From positions 11,529 to 75,528 of the forward strand of contig SAAW01000003.1 of the NCBI GenBank assembly GCA_009929275.1: 64,000 nt of DNA. The letters are read 5' to 3'. Both the position numbers and the translations under genes were made by a program. The notes below the pieces were generated by a model. That model was not told the DNA's origin. It searched no databases and saw nothing but the letters and a program-made list of their open reading frames with translations. Position 1 is the stretch's first letter, and each line of letters starts with the position of its first letter. Below are positions 47,594 to 56,390 of the stretch, in pieces. This stretch comes from Clostridia bacterium. GTDB taxonomy: Bacteria; Bacillota; Clostridia; Christensenellales; UBA1242.

Positions 47594-48439
47594 ATGAAAG
47601 ACAAAAAACTAGTTATAAAAAGCATTTTTGACGCGATAAAAGACTTAGACGATTATTCCTATGGTGAAGAAGAATTGCTCTGTCTAATGACGCTAAAAAT
47701 AACAAGAGAAGCACTCTTCAAAAAAGAAAAATTTAATCAAAGAGAATGTAACAGAATTGATCGTGTGCTTTGTCGCAGACTTAAAAATGAACCCTTAAAC
47801 AAAATTTTTAAAAGGCAAAATTTTTTTGGGATTGATTTTTTTATAAACAATTATGTGTTAGCCCCAAGAATTGAGACAGAGATTTTGACGGAAATGGCAC
47901 TCAAAAAGATTAAACTAGACGGCACAAAAGTGCTTGATTTGTGCTGTGGGAGCGGGTGTATTGGGCTTAGTTTGGCAAAGTTTTCTGTGATAAAAACAGA
48001 AGTTGTCTTATCAGACATCGACGATAAAGCACTTCTTGTTGCAAAGAAAAACAGAAAAATGTTGAAACTTGACGGAGTAAAAATTGTCAAAAGTGATTTA
48101 TTTGAAGGATTGAAAAAGTTTGATAAGTTTGATATAATAACGTGTAATCCACCATATATAAAAAGTGAGGATATCAAAAATCTTTCAAAAGGAGTGAAGA
48201 ATTTTGACCCGCACCTTGCCTTAGACGGCGGGGAAACAGGTCTGAAATTTTTTGAGAAAATTGCAGAAAACGCAGGGAATTTTTTAAAGAAAAAAGGCAT
48301 AATTTTTTTTGAAATTGGCTTTGACGAAAAATTTAAAGTGCAAGAAATATTTGAGAAAAAAGGTTTTGTTGCAAAATGTTTTAAAGATTATTCAGGGCTA
48401 GACAGAGTGGTGGAAATTAAGCGAGGAAATGATGATTGA
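47594..48439 (+). CDS. prmC: Release factor glutamine N5-methyltransferase PrmC (HemK)
   Basis: VL.PR.ETE, LDLC.GSGCIG, catalytic NPPY, ALDGG..GL. Immediately precedes prfA. Confidence 0.85.
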   Translation: MKDKKLVIKSIFDAIKDLDDYSYGEEELLCLMTLKITREALFKKEKFNQRECNRIDRVLCRRLKNEPLNKIFKRQNFFGIDFFINNYVLAPRIETEILTEMALKKIKLDGTKVLDLCCGSGCIGLSLAKFSVIKTEVVLSDIDDKALLVAKKNRKMLKLDGVKIVKSDLFEGLKKFDKFDIITCNPPYIKSEDIKNLSKGVKNFDPHLALDGGETGLKFFEKIAENAGNFLKKKGIIFFEIGFDEKFKVQEIFEKKGFVAKCFKDYSGLDRVVEIKRGNDD

Positions 48440-49502
48440 CAAACTAAATAATATAGTAGAAAAGTTTGAGGAATTGACGGGAAAAGTCGTCGACCCACAG
48501 ATAATTGCTGACAATCGAAGTTGGAAAAAATTGGTTAAAGAACGCAGTGACCTTGAGCCTATTGTTGAAAAAATCAAACAAATAAAAGATTGTGAAGAAG
48601 AAATTTTTTCGGCAAATTCAATGCTTCAAAAAGAAAAAGACAAGGAAATGAGGGACTTTTTGCAAGAAGAAATTGATGCAAAAGAGCAAGAAAAAGAAAA
48701 TTTGAGCGAAGAACTCAAAGTTCTTCTTTTACCAAAAGACAAAAATGACGATAAGAATGTAATCATTGAAATTCGAGCAGGAACAGGTGGCGACGAAGCA
48801 TCTCTTTTTGCCTCAGATTTAATGAGAATGTATATGATGTATGCCGAAAAGCAACGTTATAAATTTGAGATTATAAGCGCCAGCGAGAACGAAGTTGGAG
48901 GATATAAAGAAGTTATTTTTGAAATCAAAGGGACTGGAGTTTATAGCAAACTAAAATTTGAGAGCGGAGTTCACCGAGTTCAAAGAGTGCCAGAGACGGA
49001 GAGTCAAGGACGAGTGCACACTTCCACGACAACAGTGGCAGTTTTGCCAGAACTTGAAGAAGTGGAGTTTGAAATATTAGAAAAAGACTTGCGAGTGGAC
49101 ACCTATCGGAGCAGTGGTGCAGGTGGGCAACACATAAATAAAACAGATTCTGCAATAAGGCTCACGCATTTGCCCACAAACATCGTCGTGACTTGTCAAG
49201 ACCAGCGAAGTCAACTCAAAAACAGAGAAAAAGCGATGATGATTTTGCAGTCAAAATTGTATGAATTTTATCAAGGGCAGAAAAATAAAGAATATGATGA
49301 AAACAGGAGAAATCAGGTGGGTTCAGGTGACAGGTGCGAGAGGATAAGAACATACAATTTCCCACAAGGCAGAATAACAGACCACAGAATTGGCTACACG
49401 GCATATAATCTAATAGATTTTATGAATGGCAATATCGACGAACTTCTCGTTGAACTTCAACTTTCAGATCAAAAAAATAAGCTTGAAAATATTGATATGT
49501 AA
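48429..49502 (+). CDS. prfA: Peptide chain release factor 1
   Basis: EIRAGTGGDEA..FA, HRVQRVP.TESQGR.HTS, and SGAGGQHINKT (GGQ). Confidence 0.9.
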   Translation: MMIDKLNNIVEKFEELTGKVVDPQIIADNRSWKKLVKERSDLEPIVEKIKQIKDCEEEIFSANSMLQKEKDKEMRDFLQEEIDAKEQEKENLSEELKVLLLPKDKNDDKNVIIEIRAGTGGDEASLFASDLMRMYMMYAEKQRYKFEIISASENEVGGYKEVIFEIKGTGVYSKLKFESGVHRVQRVPETESQGRVHTSTTTVAVLPELEEVEFEILEKDLRVDTYRSSGAGGQHINKTDSAIRLTHLPTNIVVTCQDQRSQLKNREKAMMILQSKLYEFYQGQKNKEYDENRRNQVGSGDRCERIRTYNFPQGRITDHRIGYTAYNLIDFMNGNIDELLVELQLSDQKNKLENIDM

Positions 49503-49543
49503 ACACATTTTATGTTAGAATGATGTATACAAGGAGATGGAAA

Positions 49544-51634
49544 GTGGAAAATGATTTTGAAGAGGAACTTATTTATATTCGAAGAAATGGTGAAAACGTG
49601 AGTGACCCCGACATTATCGCATATTGTAAACTTGAACAAAATAGAGACATAATTGAAAACACTCGCCTTGGAAGTTATGATAAATATGGCAACTATATCT
49701 TTATGCCTGAGATTAGAAATGAACTTATAAACATTCCAAAATTTATCTATCATTTCTCAAAATTAGAAAACAAAAAAGTTTTTGACATTAAGACAATCAT
49801 TCCTATTTTTGGAGAATTATTTTTTAAACTCACAATTTCAGATAAAGAAACTGTCCTATATCTTGTGGAAACAGTTTCTCGTGAGTCGGGCGGATATTTG
49901 GAAGTGTATGAAGAAGTCGTAGACGCAATGGCGCTTGGAAAGATGAACGCTCTTAAAACAGAGGATATTTTTTCAATCTATCATATATATGAGAACGACG
50001 CAGATGAAGACAAAAAGACATTTTTCATTTTTGACTATGTCAATCTTTTAACGAGAAAAATTTATCTCACACTTCTTTCAAAAGAATTGAATGATGAAAT
50101 GCAATATGATGAGCACGATATTTTTAACGAAATGATTGCTGTTTTGAAAGACGGTGGCGGATATGGCGAGAAAGTTTTGAATGAATTTATGCTAAGACTA
50201 AAAGACAGACCAGAGATTTTTGAGATTGAAAACACAGAAAAATATAATAAGGCTGTGAATGAAGTTTTGCTTTCTGCTTTGGACATTGTCACAACGCAAG
50301 AAGATAAAGAAAACCCAAAATCAAAAGAAATGTATCTAAAAGTCATCAACGCAAGAAACAAAAACGTTAAAAAATACATTGAAAATGCTCACAAAAAAGT
50401 GCTAAAAGAATATGTCCAAGAAGTTGCGAGAAAGGCAATGCTAGATTTTAATGGAGAGGGAAATGAACAAAACAATTCTGAAAGCATAAAAGATAAAGAA
50501 ATTATAAAAGAATTTTACGACAAACTTGTCGGCAAACAAATTCCTAACGAAAAACACATCGCCTATAAAGCCTTGTTAAAAAAAGGTAGATTGGATAATA
50601 ATGCAAAAAGTGCCGCTCAGGCTTTAGTGGGAGCAAAATTAGCCGGAGACAAACTTACAAACTTAATGGCAAAAGAGGCGATTAATTCAGCAAAAGGTGA
50701 GGGGAAATCTCTTCAGACTGGAAAGAATTCGACTATTGAAAAAAAATCTCAAACAAAAACTGAAGATAAATCTAGTGGTAAATCAAAATCTGGCTTGAAG
50801 TCAAGTTCAAAATCGAAGTCAAGTTCAAAGTCGAAATCTGGTGCAAAATCAGGCTCAAAGTCAAAGTCTGCTGGAAAATCAAAATCAGGTTCGAAATCAT
50901 CTGTGAAAAGTGCTTCAAATTCTGCAAAAAAGAAAACTACCAAATCACCTTCTAAGCAAAAATCAAAAAAAGAAGAAAAACCAAAATCAAAAGATAAATC
51001 TGTTGAAAAATCAAAGGGAGATAAGAAAAAAGAAGAAAAGAAAAAACCAAAAAATTCTTTTCCACTTATGAAAAATTCTTCCATTGGGCTTTCATCAATA
51101 TATGATTTTGATTCCTCACCAACATCAAGTGCAAATGAAAAAGGAGTCTCTTCAAGCGACAAAACGACATTGCAAACGAGCAATGTTGCAAGCGAAAAGT
51201 CTTCAATAGAAAAATCAAATTTTGCAAATACTAAAGAAACAAAAAGCAATGAAGAGATATCAAAAAAACAAGACGTTGAATTTGACAAAATAATTTCAAA
51301 TTCAGCAGAAAGGTTAAAAGAAAAAGACTCACAAAAATTGCAGGGAAATATAACAAATAATTTTGCAGAAAAATTGAAAATTCAAATGTCAGAATCAGGT
51401 AAAGAAGATTCGGGATTTTCTTTTTCAGATTATATTGTTAAGAAACCTGACAAAGAAAAGATTGAGAAAAATCCTAATTTAGAAAAAAAAGAAACAATTC
51501 AAGAAGAACAGAGAATTGAAAAAAATACATCTATGAAAGATACAAAGAAAATAAATTCACAAAAAAATGCTTTGGAACAAAATCAACAAATAAACTTAAA
51601 TGATCAAAACAAAGAAGAAAGTTTAATTCAATAA
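49544..51634 (+). CDS. Large hypothetical protein: unknown N-terminal domain of about 330 aa, a Lys/Ser repeat tract, and a long Ser/Glu/Lys-rich tail
   Basis: The long ORF is open from 49520. The GTG at 49544 lies 7 nt after AAGGAG (49531-49536). No TM, signal peptide or recognisable catalytic motif. Confidence 0.55.
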   Translation: MENDFEEELIYIRRNGENVSDPDIIAYCKLEQNRDIIENTRLGSYDKYGNYIFMPEIRNELINIPKFIYHFSKLENKKVFDIKTIIPIFGELFFKLTISDKETVLYLVETVSRESGGYLEVYEEVVDAMALGKMNALKTEDIFSIYHIYENDADEDKKTFFIFDYVNLLTRKIYLTLLSKELNDEMQYDEHDIFNEMIAVLKDGGGYGEKVLNEFMLRLKDRPEIFEIENTEKYNKAVNEVLLSALDIVTTQEDKENPKSKEMYLKVINARNKNVKKYIENAHKKVLKEYVQEVARKAMLDFNGEGNEQNNSESIKDKEIIKEFYDKLVGKQIPNEKHIAYKALLKKGRLDNNAKSAAQALVGAKLAGDKLTNLMAKEAINSAKGEGKSLQTGKNSTIEKKSQTKTEDKSSGKSKSGLKSSSKSKSSSKSKSGAKSGSKSKSAGKSKSGSKSSVKSASNSAKKKTTKSPSKQKSKKEEKPKSKDKSVEKSKGDKKKEEKKKPKNSFPLMKNSSIGLSSIYDFDSSPTSSANEKGVSSSDKTTLQTSNVASEKSSIEKSNFANTKETKSNEEISKKQDVEFDKIISNSAERLKEKDSQKLQGNITNNFAEKLKIQMSESGKEDSGFSFSDYIVKKPDKEKIEKNPNLEKKETIQEEQRIEKNTSMKDTKKINSQKNALEQNQQINLNDQNKEESLIQ
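50770..51055 (+). repeat. Coding low-complexity tract, (K-S-x)n / KSKSG repeats
   Basis: SSGKSKSGLKSSSKSKSSSKSKSGAKSGSKSKSAGKSKSGSKSS...KKEEKKKPK. The DNA shows reiterated aaatc(a/g)aa(a/g)tc units. Confidence 0.7.
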
Positions 51635-51718
51635 AAAAATAATGTTTTATTTACTCAAAAACTCAATCTTTACAATAAAATTGCATTATGTTATAATAAA
51701 CATGATTAGAGGTGAAGT

Positions 51719-52261
51719 ATGTTTATTAGTGATGAATTAAATATACAGCAAAAAATAGAATTTAGACGATTTTTTTTAAATATAATAAAAAGAATGAAAG
51801 TTATTGAACTAGACCCAACTTCTGTCAGGACGGACTATAGGGGAGAAATTTTTTCAGTTGCTTGTGATAATTATAGAATAGAAGAGTATTTTCAAAATGA
51901 GATGATTTTAGAAAAATCAGGAAGAAGACCATTGAGTGAAGGATATGAAAAAAATAATGTCGCAAAGTTAAAAGATGGCACGATTTGTGTTAAGAGCCTA
52001 TTATCAATCCCTTCATATGATAAAAGATTTGAAAAAAAAGAAAAAAATACAGATCCTCGCTTTGTTTCGGCCTTTATGCTTTACCCTACTGTAAGAAAAT
52101 ATGCTCCAAACATTCTTTCTGAATGTCTTAATGAGGATATTCAAGAGTATCAATTAAATGATGCTTTTGGATTTCTTTTGGCATCTTACAAAGCAATGAA
52201 TATGTTAAATAGAGAGTTTGAAAGCATTAAGGAAGAATGGAGAGAACAAAATAACTTTTAA
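51719..52261 (+). CDS. Hypothetical protein, paralogue A of a tandem pair
   Basis: 180 aa with RBS GAGGTG. Clearly similar to the next ORF (IIKRMKVIELD / RIKRMKAMEIT; YRIEEYFQNE / YRITEYFKNE; KDGTICVKSLLSIPSYD / KDGSIAINSLLFVRPYFD; PRFVSAFMLYP / VRFIAVANLYP). Confidence 0.55.
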   Translation: MFISDELNIQQKIEFRRFFLNIIKRMKVIELDPTSVRTDYRGEIFSVACDNYRIEEYFQNEMILEKSGRRPLSEGYEKNNVAKLKDGTICVKSLLSIPSYDKRFEKKEKNTDPRFVSAFMLYPTVRKYAPNILSECLNEDIQEYQLNDAFGFLLASYKAMNMLNREFESIKEEWREQNNF

Positions 52262-52306
52262 AATCTTTTAAAAACTATTATTAAAGATAAAAAGGATAGT
52301 GTTTTT

Positions 52307-52948
52307 ATGAATGATTCATCTAAAAAAAGTTTGAAAAATATGCCTTTTGACGAGTATGTTTTGAGTCGCATAAAGAGAATGAAGGCTATGGAAATAACTG
52401 ACATTTTACTTCGTCACTACAAAGGTGATAAAAAGGGAAAAGTTAAAGGGAAAATATATAGAATAACCGAATATTTTAAAAATGAAGAAGAGATTGAACA
52501 ATTTGACAGAAGACAAATCTACAAAACATTTGAACAAGAAAATCTTATTCGTTATAAAGATGGAAGCATCGCAATCAATTCTTTGCTTTTTGTCCGCCCA
52601 TATTTTGATGAAAAATCACAAAAAGAAACTATTTTTGATGTTCGCTTCATCGCAGTTGCAAACCTATATCCTCAAATTATGGAAATATATCCAGACTATC
52701 TAAAACAATTTATAAACCCAAAATATTTTCAATATAAAATATTAACCGAGGAAGATTATGTTGAGGTATATTCAAAAGAGGCTTTGGACTTTGAGGTTAT
52801 GCAACTTGAAAAATCAGTAATGAAATCACTTGAAGAATTTGAATATAAGTTTATCAAGCCTGAAAGTTCACAAGAAAATCCATTTGAGCAAGAGACTCGT
52901 TCTCAAAAACTTGAAAAAGCGTTTAGTCAAATGGAAGATTTCACATAA
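52307..52948 (+). CDS. Hypothetical protein, paralogue B of a tandem pair
   Basis: 213 aa with RBS AAAGGA. Similar to 51719-52261, with an extra acidic C-terminal extension. Confidence 0.55.
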   Translation: MNDSSKKSLKNMPFDEYVLSRIKRMKAMEITDILLRHYKGDKKGKVKGKIYRITEYFKNEEEIEQFDRRQIYKTFEQENLIRYKDGSIAINSLLFVRPYFDEKSQKETIFDVRFIAVANLYPQIMEIYPDYLKQFINPKYFQYKILTEEDYVEVYSKEALDFEVMQLEKSVMKSLEEFEYKFIKPESSQENPFEQETRSQKLEKAFSQMEDFT

Positions 52949-52968
52949 CAAATTCTTTTGAAAACTCA

Positions 52969-52997
52969 TTGACTTTAAAGAATTTGTATGATATAAC
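52969..52997 (+). promoter_or_regulatory. Candidate promoter upstream of rpmG-secE-nusG
   Basis: TTGACT (52969-52974), 17-bp spacer, TATAAC (52992-52997). Confidence 0.35.
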
Positions 52998-53000
52998 AAG

Positions 53001-53030
53001 TTAACATCCGTTTTGGGGTGTTAATTTTTT
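53001..53030 (+). terminator. Intrinsic-terminator-like hairpin between the candidate promoter and rpmG (leader attenuator, or terminator of the upstream gene)
   Basis: TTAACATCC (53001-53009) pairs with GGGTGTTAA (53016-53024), a 9-bp stem with one G-U pair, followed by TTTTTT (53025-53030). The rpmG ATG is only 18 nt further on. Confidence 0.5.
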
Positions 53031-53047
53031 GATAAAGGACAATCATA

Positions 53048-53197
53048 ATGAGAGAGAGAATCACACTTGCCTGCACAGAATGCAAACAGAGAAATTACGA
53101 TACTTATAAGAATAAAAAAAATGATCCAGACAGGATTGAACTTAAAAAGTATTGCAAATTTTGCAAAAAAACAACTGTGCATAAGGAAACAAAATAG
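53048..53197 (+). CDS. rpmG: 50S ribosomal protein L33 (not in the supplied ORF track, 49 aa)
   Basis: Hand translation gives [49 protein letters not shown]. It has the CxxC...CxxC zinc ribbon and sits at the canonical position before secE-nusG. Confidence 0.85.
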   Translation: MRERITLACTECKQRNYDTYKNKKNDPDRIELKKYCKFCKKTTVHKETK

Positions 53198-53215
53198 TTT
53201 TTAAAGGAGTGCTGA

Positions 53216-53530
53216 ATGGCAAACCAAACAAAAAAAGTTAAAAAAGAAACTCTTGCAGAAGAAAAAGTTTTAACTAAAAAAGAATTGAAAGAACAGCAAA
53301 AAATAGAAGCAGCAAAGCAAAAGAACAAGAAGCCTAAAAAAGAGAAAAAGCCAGGACTGTTCAAGCGTTTAAAAGAGGCTTGGAGCGAACTTAAAAAGAC
53401 AACAAAACCAACGTTTGTCGAAGTCGTGAAAAAGACTTCAATTGTCATTTTTGTTGTCATTATTTTTACTATTGTCTTGTTTGGCATAGATCTTCTTTTA
53501 GGGTTGCCATACCAGGCTTTTATGGGCTAA
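53216..53530 (+). CDS. secE: Preprotein translocase subunit SecE (with long Lys-rich N-terminal extension)
   Basis: C-terminal ...ELKKTTKPTFVEVVKKT followed by a single TM. Synteny rpmG-secE-nusG. Confidence 0.8.
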   Translation: MANQTKKVKKETLAEEKVLTKKELKEQQKIEAAKQKNKKPKKEKKPGLFKRLKEAWSELKKTTKPTFVEVVKKTSIVIFVVIIFTIVLFGIDLLLGLPYQAFMG

Positions 53531-53551
53531 ATTTATAGCGGGAGATTTTAA

Positions 53552-54217
53552 ATGGAAGAAAAAATAAATGCAGAAGAATTGGACGTTAAAAAAGACCTTA
53601 ACACAAGTGTTATAGAAGAAAATAATGATAATACTGTTAAGGATTTTGAAGAAAAGAAAAATATCAACGAATCACAAGAAAATGACGAGATTGACGTTAA
53701 GAATTTAGAAGCAAAATGGTATGTTTTGCACACCTATTCTGGCTATGAGCAAGTGGGAAAGACAAATCTCGAAATGGTTGTAAAAAAATATAACCTTGAA
53801 GATCGCATTTTTGACATTATCATTCCAATGGAAGAGACTGTTGAAGAGCGAAACGGCAAGAAAAAGTTAATGAGCAGAAAGTTGATGCCTTGCTATCTTT
53901 TAGTGAAGATGAAATATGCTGACGATCTTTGGCACAATGTGACAAGAACTCGCGGAATCACAGGTTTTGTGGGTCCAAAAGGCAGACCTCTCGCGCTCAC
54001 ACAAGACGAAATCAGAAAACTTCATCTTGAGAAAGTTGTTGTTAACATAGATCTCAGAGCAAACGACAAAGTTGAAGTTATCGACGGACCACTCAACTCA
54101 TTCATTGGCACAGTAATAAGCGTGGACGCAAGTGGCAAGAAATGTAAGGTGAATGTTGAAATGTTTGGCAGAGAAACCCCAGTTGACCTAGATTTTTCAC
54201 AGATAAGAAAGATTTAG
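53552..54217 (+). CDS. nusG: Transcription termination/antitermination factor NusG (with acidic N-terminal extension of about 55 aa)
   Basis: WYVLHTYSGYE NGN domain, PCYLLVKM, TGFVG, and the KOW motif GDKVEVIDGPL..F.G.V. Confidence 0.9.
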   Translation: MEEKINAEELDVKKDLNTSVIEENNDNTVKDFEEKKNINESQENDEIDVKNLEAKWYVLHTYSGYEQVGKTNLEMVVKKYNLEDRIFDIIIPMEETVEERNGKKKLMSRKLMPCYLLVKMKYADDLWHNVTRTRGITGFVGPKGRPLALTQDEIRKLHLEKVVVNIDLRANDKVEVIDGPLNSFIGTVISVDASGKKCKVNVEMFGRETPVDLDFSQIRKI

Positions 54218-54359
54218 AAGTAAAATTTGGTAATAATCTTTTTGATGAATCGCTGGAAACATTGAAAAGTTATTATGTGAAGAGAGATTTTCACAATATG
54301 TGGGAGAATGTAAATTTTATATGCATTCATTAAAACCACAACGCTATGAGGAGAATAAC

Positions 54360-54788
54360 ATGGCTGAGAAAAAAGTTAAGGTAATTGTTAAATTGCAATT
54401 GCCAGCAGCTAAAGCAACTCCCGGACCACCAGTAGGCTCTACTCTTGGACCACACGGGATCAACCTTGCTGCATTCACAAAAGAATTTAATGAAAAAACA
54501 GCAGACAAAGTGGGATATATCATTCCTGTCGTTGTCAAAATTATGGAGGACAGATCCTTTTCTTTCATTTTGAAAACACCACCAGCAGCAGTTTTGATTA
54601 TGAAAGCATGCGGAATTGAAAAAGCAAGTGCAACTCCAAACAAACAAAAAGTCGCAAAAATCACAAAAGCCCAGGTGAGAGAAATTGCCGAAGCCAAGAT
54701 GCCAGACCTTAATGCCGCGTCAATTGAGACAGCAATGTCTATGATTGAGGGCGCTGCAAAAAGTATGGGCGTTGAAGTGATTGACTAA
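54360..54788 (+). CDS. rplK: 50S ribosomal protein L11
   Basis: [25 protein letters not shown]...F. The ATG at 54360 follows AGGAG; the upstream part of the track ORF (from 54300) is rejected. Confidence 0.9.
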   Translation: MAEKKVKVIVKLQLPAAKATPGPPVGSTLGPHGINLAAFTKEFNEKTADKVGYIIPVVVKIMEDRSFSFILKTPPAAVLIMKACGIEKASATPNKQKVAKITKAQVREIAEAKMPDLNAASIETAMSMIEGAAKSMGVEVID

Positions 54789-54801
54789 GGAGTATGTTAT
54801 A

Positions 54802-55476
54802 ATGGGAAAAAGATATAAAGAAATCAGCGCTCTTGTTGATAGAACAAAAATTTATGAACCAAAAGAAGCACTTATGCTTGCTATAAACACAGCAAAAGCA
54901 AAATTTGATGAAAGTGTTGAACTTCATGTTAAACTTGGTGTTGACGGCAAAAATGCAGATCAGCAAGTTAGGGGCACGGTTGTGCTTCCAGCAGGCACAG
55001 GGAAATCGAAGAAAGTGCTTGTTATTGCAAAAGGCGACAAGGCAGATGAAGCAACAAAATACGGAGCAGACATTGTTGGAGCAGAAGAAATCATTGCAAA
55101 AATTCAAGGTGGCTGGCTAGATTTTGATGTATGCATCACAACTCCAGATATGATGGGATTTGTGGGGCGTGTGGCGAAAGTTTTAGGGCCAAAAGGTTTG
55201 ATGCCAAACCCAAAGAGTGGCACAGTGACTATGGACATAAAAAAGGCTATTGACGATGTTAAAGCAGGAAAAGTTGAATATAGACTTGACAAAGCAAACA
55301 TTATTCATGTCGGCATTGGAAAAGCAAGTTTCGGAGTCGACAAACTATATGAAAACTTCGACGCTTTGATGAATGCAATTGTTAAAGCAAAACCATCTGC
55401 AAGCAAAGGAACATATCTGAGAAGCATTTCAGTCAGTTCCACAATGGGGCCTGGCATAAAAGTTTCATTCAAATAA
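54802..55476 (+). CDS. rplA: 50S ribosomal protein L1
   Basis: GKRY..., [14 protein letters not shown]....[27 protein letters not shown]. The ATG at 54802 follows AAGGAG. Confidence 0.9.
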   Translation: MGKRYKEISALVDRTKIYEPKEALMLAINTAKAKFDESVELHVKLGVDGKNADQQVRGTVVLPAGTGKSKKVLVIAKGDKADEATKYGADIVGAEEIIAKIQGGWLDFDVCITTPDMMGFVGRVAKVLGPKGLMPNPKSGTVTMDIKKAIDDVKAGKVEYRLDKANIIHVGIGKASFGVDKLYENFDALMNAIVKAKPSASKGTYLRSISVSSTMGPGIKVSFK

Positions 55477-55481
55477 TTTTT

Positions 55482-55515
55482 AAAAGAACCTCAACTTTGA
55501 GGTTCTTTTTAATTT
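55482..55515 (+). terminator. Intrinsic terminator after rplA
   Basis: AAAAGAACCTCAA...TTGAGGTTCTTTTT, a long stem followed by a T-run. Confidence 0.7.
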
Positions 55516-55621
55516 TTGAAAAAACAATAAATTATAAAAATTAGTTATTTTATTAAAAAATATTATTTTACTTAACATAAAAGGGGAAATTAAGGTAGAA
55601 TAAAAGAAAGGAGTTTTTAAA

Positions 55622-56164
55622 ATGAATTTATTTGTGTGTGTTGATGAGCAACTAAACATTTTAAGTCTAAACTATTTTAAACCCTTTATTAAAACTATGG
55701 AAAGTGTAGATAAAATTCTTGAGAATAAAGCGGTTATTTTTGACAACGAATTTATGGATTACATTTCTGCGGTGCCAACTTGTTGCAAAATAATCTTTGA
55801 CGAAAATATAAAATCCGTTTTGCCTGAATTTTTGTCGCCACTTTCAAGTGTAAAAGAAAAAATTGTGTCAAATATGGAAGATTTGCTTGACTACTTAAAA
55901 CGTCTTGAAGACAAAAATATATTCATTTTAGGGCATAAACTTTTTGACTATTTTTTTAATTATGTGGACAATATTTATCAACTAAATATAATGGGAGTTG
56001 TTGAGGGAAAAGACAAGTTTATGGATATAAAATCAAATCAAAATTGGAAATTTGTTATGTATAGTGAGCCTATATATGAAAATGGAAAGACAATGTTTTT
56101 TAGCCATTATAAGAGGAAAAGAGATAAATTAGAGTATAGTCAACTTAAAGAAATGGGAATGTAG
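55622..56164 (+). CDS. Hypothetical protein with weak dihydrofolate-reductase-like (DHFR/RibD_C fold) pattern
   Basis: NIFILGHKLFDYF...IYQLNIMGVVEGKDKF...W......E........FSHYKRK parallels the E. coli FolA C-terminal half (IMVIGGGRVYEQF...LYLTHIDAEVEGDTHFP). The N-terminal substrate and NADPH motifs are not conserved. Confidence 0.3.
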   Translation: MNLFVCVDEQLNILSLNYFKPFIKTMESVDKILENKAVIFDNEFMDYISAVPTCCKIIFDENIKSVLPEFLSPLSSVKEKIVSNMEDLLDYLKRLEDKNIFILGHKLFDYFFNYVDNIYQLNIMGVVEGKDKFMDIKSNQNWKFVMYSEPIYENGKTMFFSHYKRKRDKLEYSQLKEMGM

Positions 56165-56315
56165 TCCCATTTTTTTAAAACTACCAGTCGGTCGCGAATA
56201 ATGGGTTTATGGCTAGTTGTCACATATTTAGTGATAATTTGGATTATATTAATACACTCGAATGTTTGGTCGGTGGTAAAATTATATTATAATTTGAGAT
56301 AAAATTAAGTATTCA

Positions 56316-56344
56316 TTGACTTTAAGGTCGTTTTTAACTAAAAT
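56316..56344 (+). promoter_or_regulatory. Candidate promoter for the flavoprotein gene pair
   Basis: TTGACT (56316-56321), 17-bp spacer, TAAAAT (56339-56344). It lies inside the N-terminal extension of the track ORF, which supports the 56391 start. Confidence 0.35.
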
Positions 56345-56390
56345 TTACCTTGAAGAAAACAACTATCAAAAGTTTAAAAGAATGGTTAAA

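Noticed and set aside
50749-51288. 179-aa minus-strand ORF opposite the Lys/Ser repeat tract.
   Set aside because: It is a mirror-image artefact of the AAR/TCN repeat, translating as F/D/L/E repeats. It has no RBS and sits inside the longer sense ORF.
54218-54359. Possible L1-binding regulatory leader upstream of rplK.
   Set aside because: The position is plausible, but I could not identify the conserved L1-binding helix mimic by eye. It is left unannotated.
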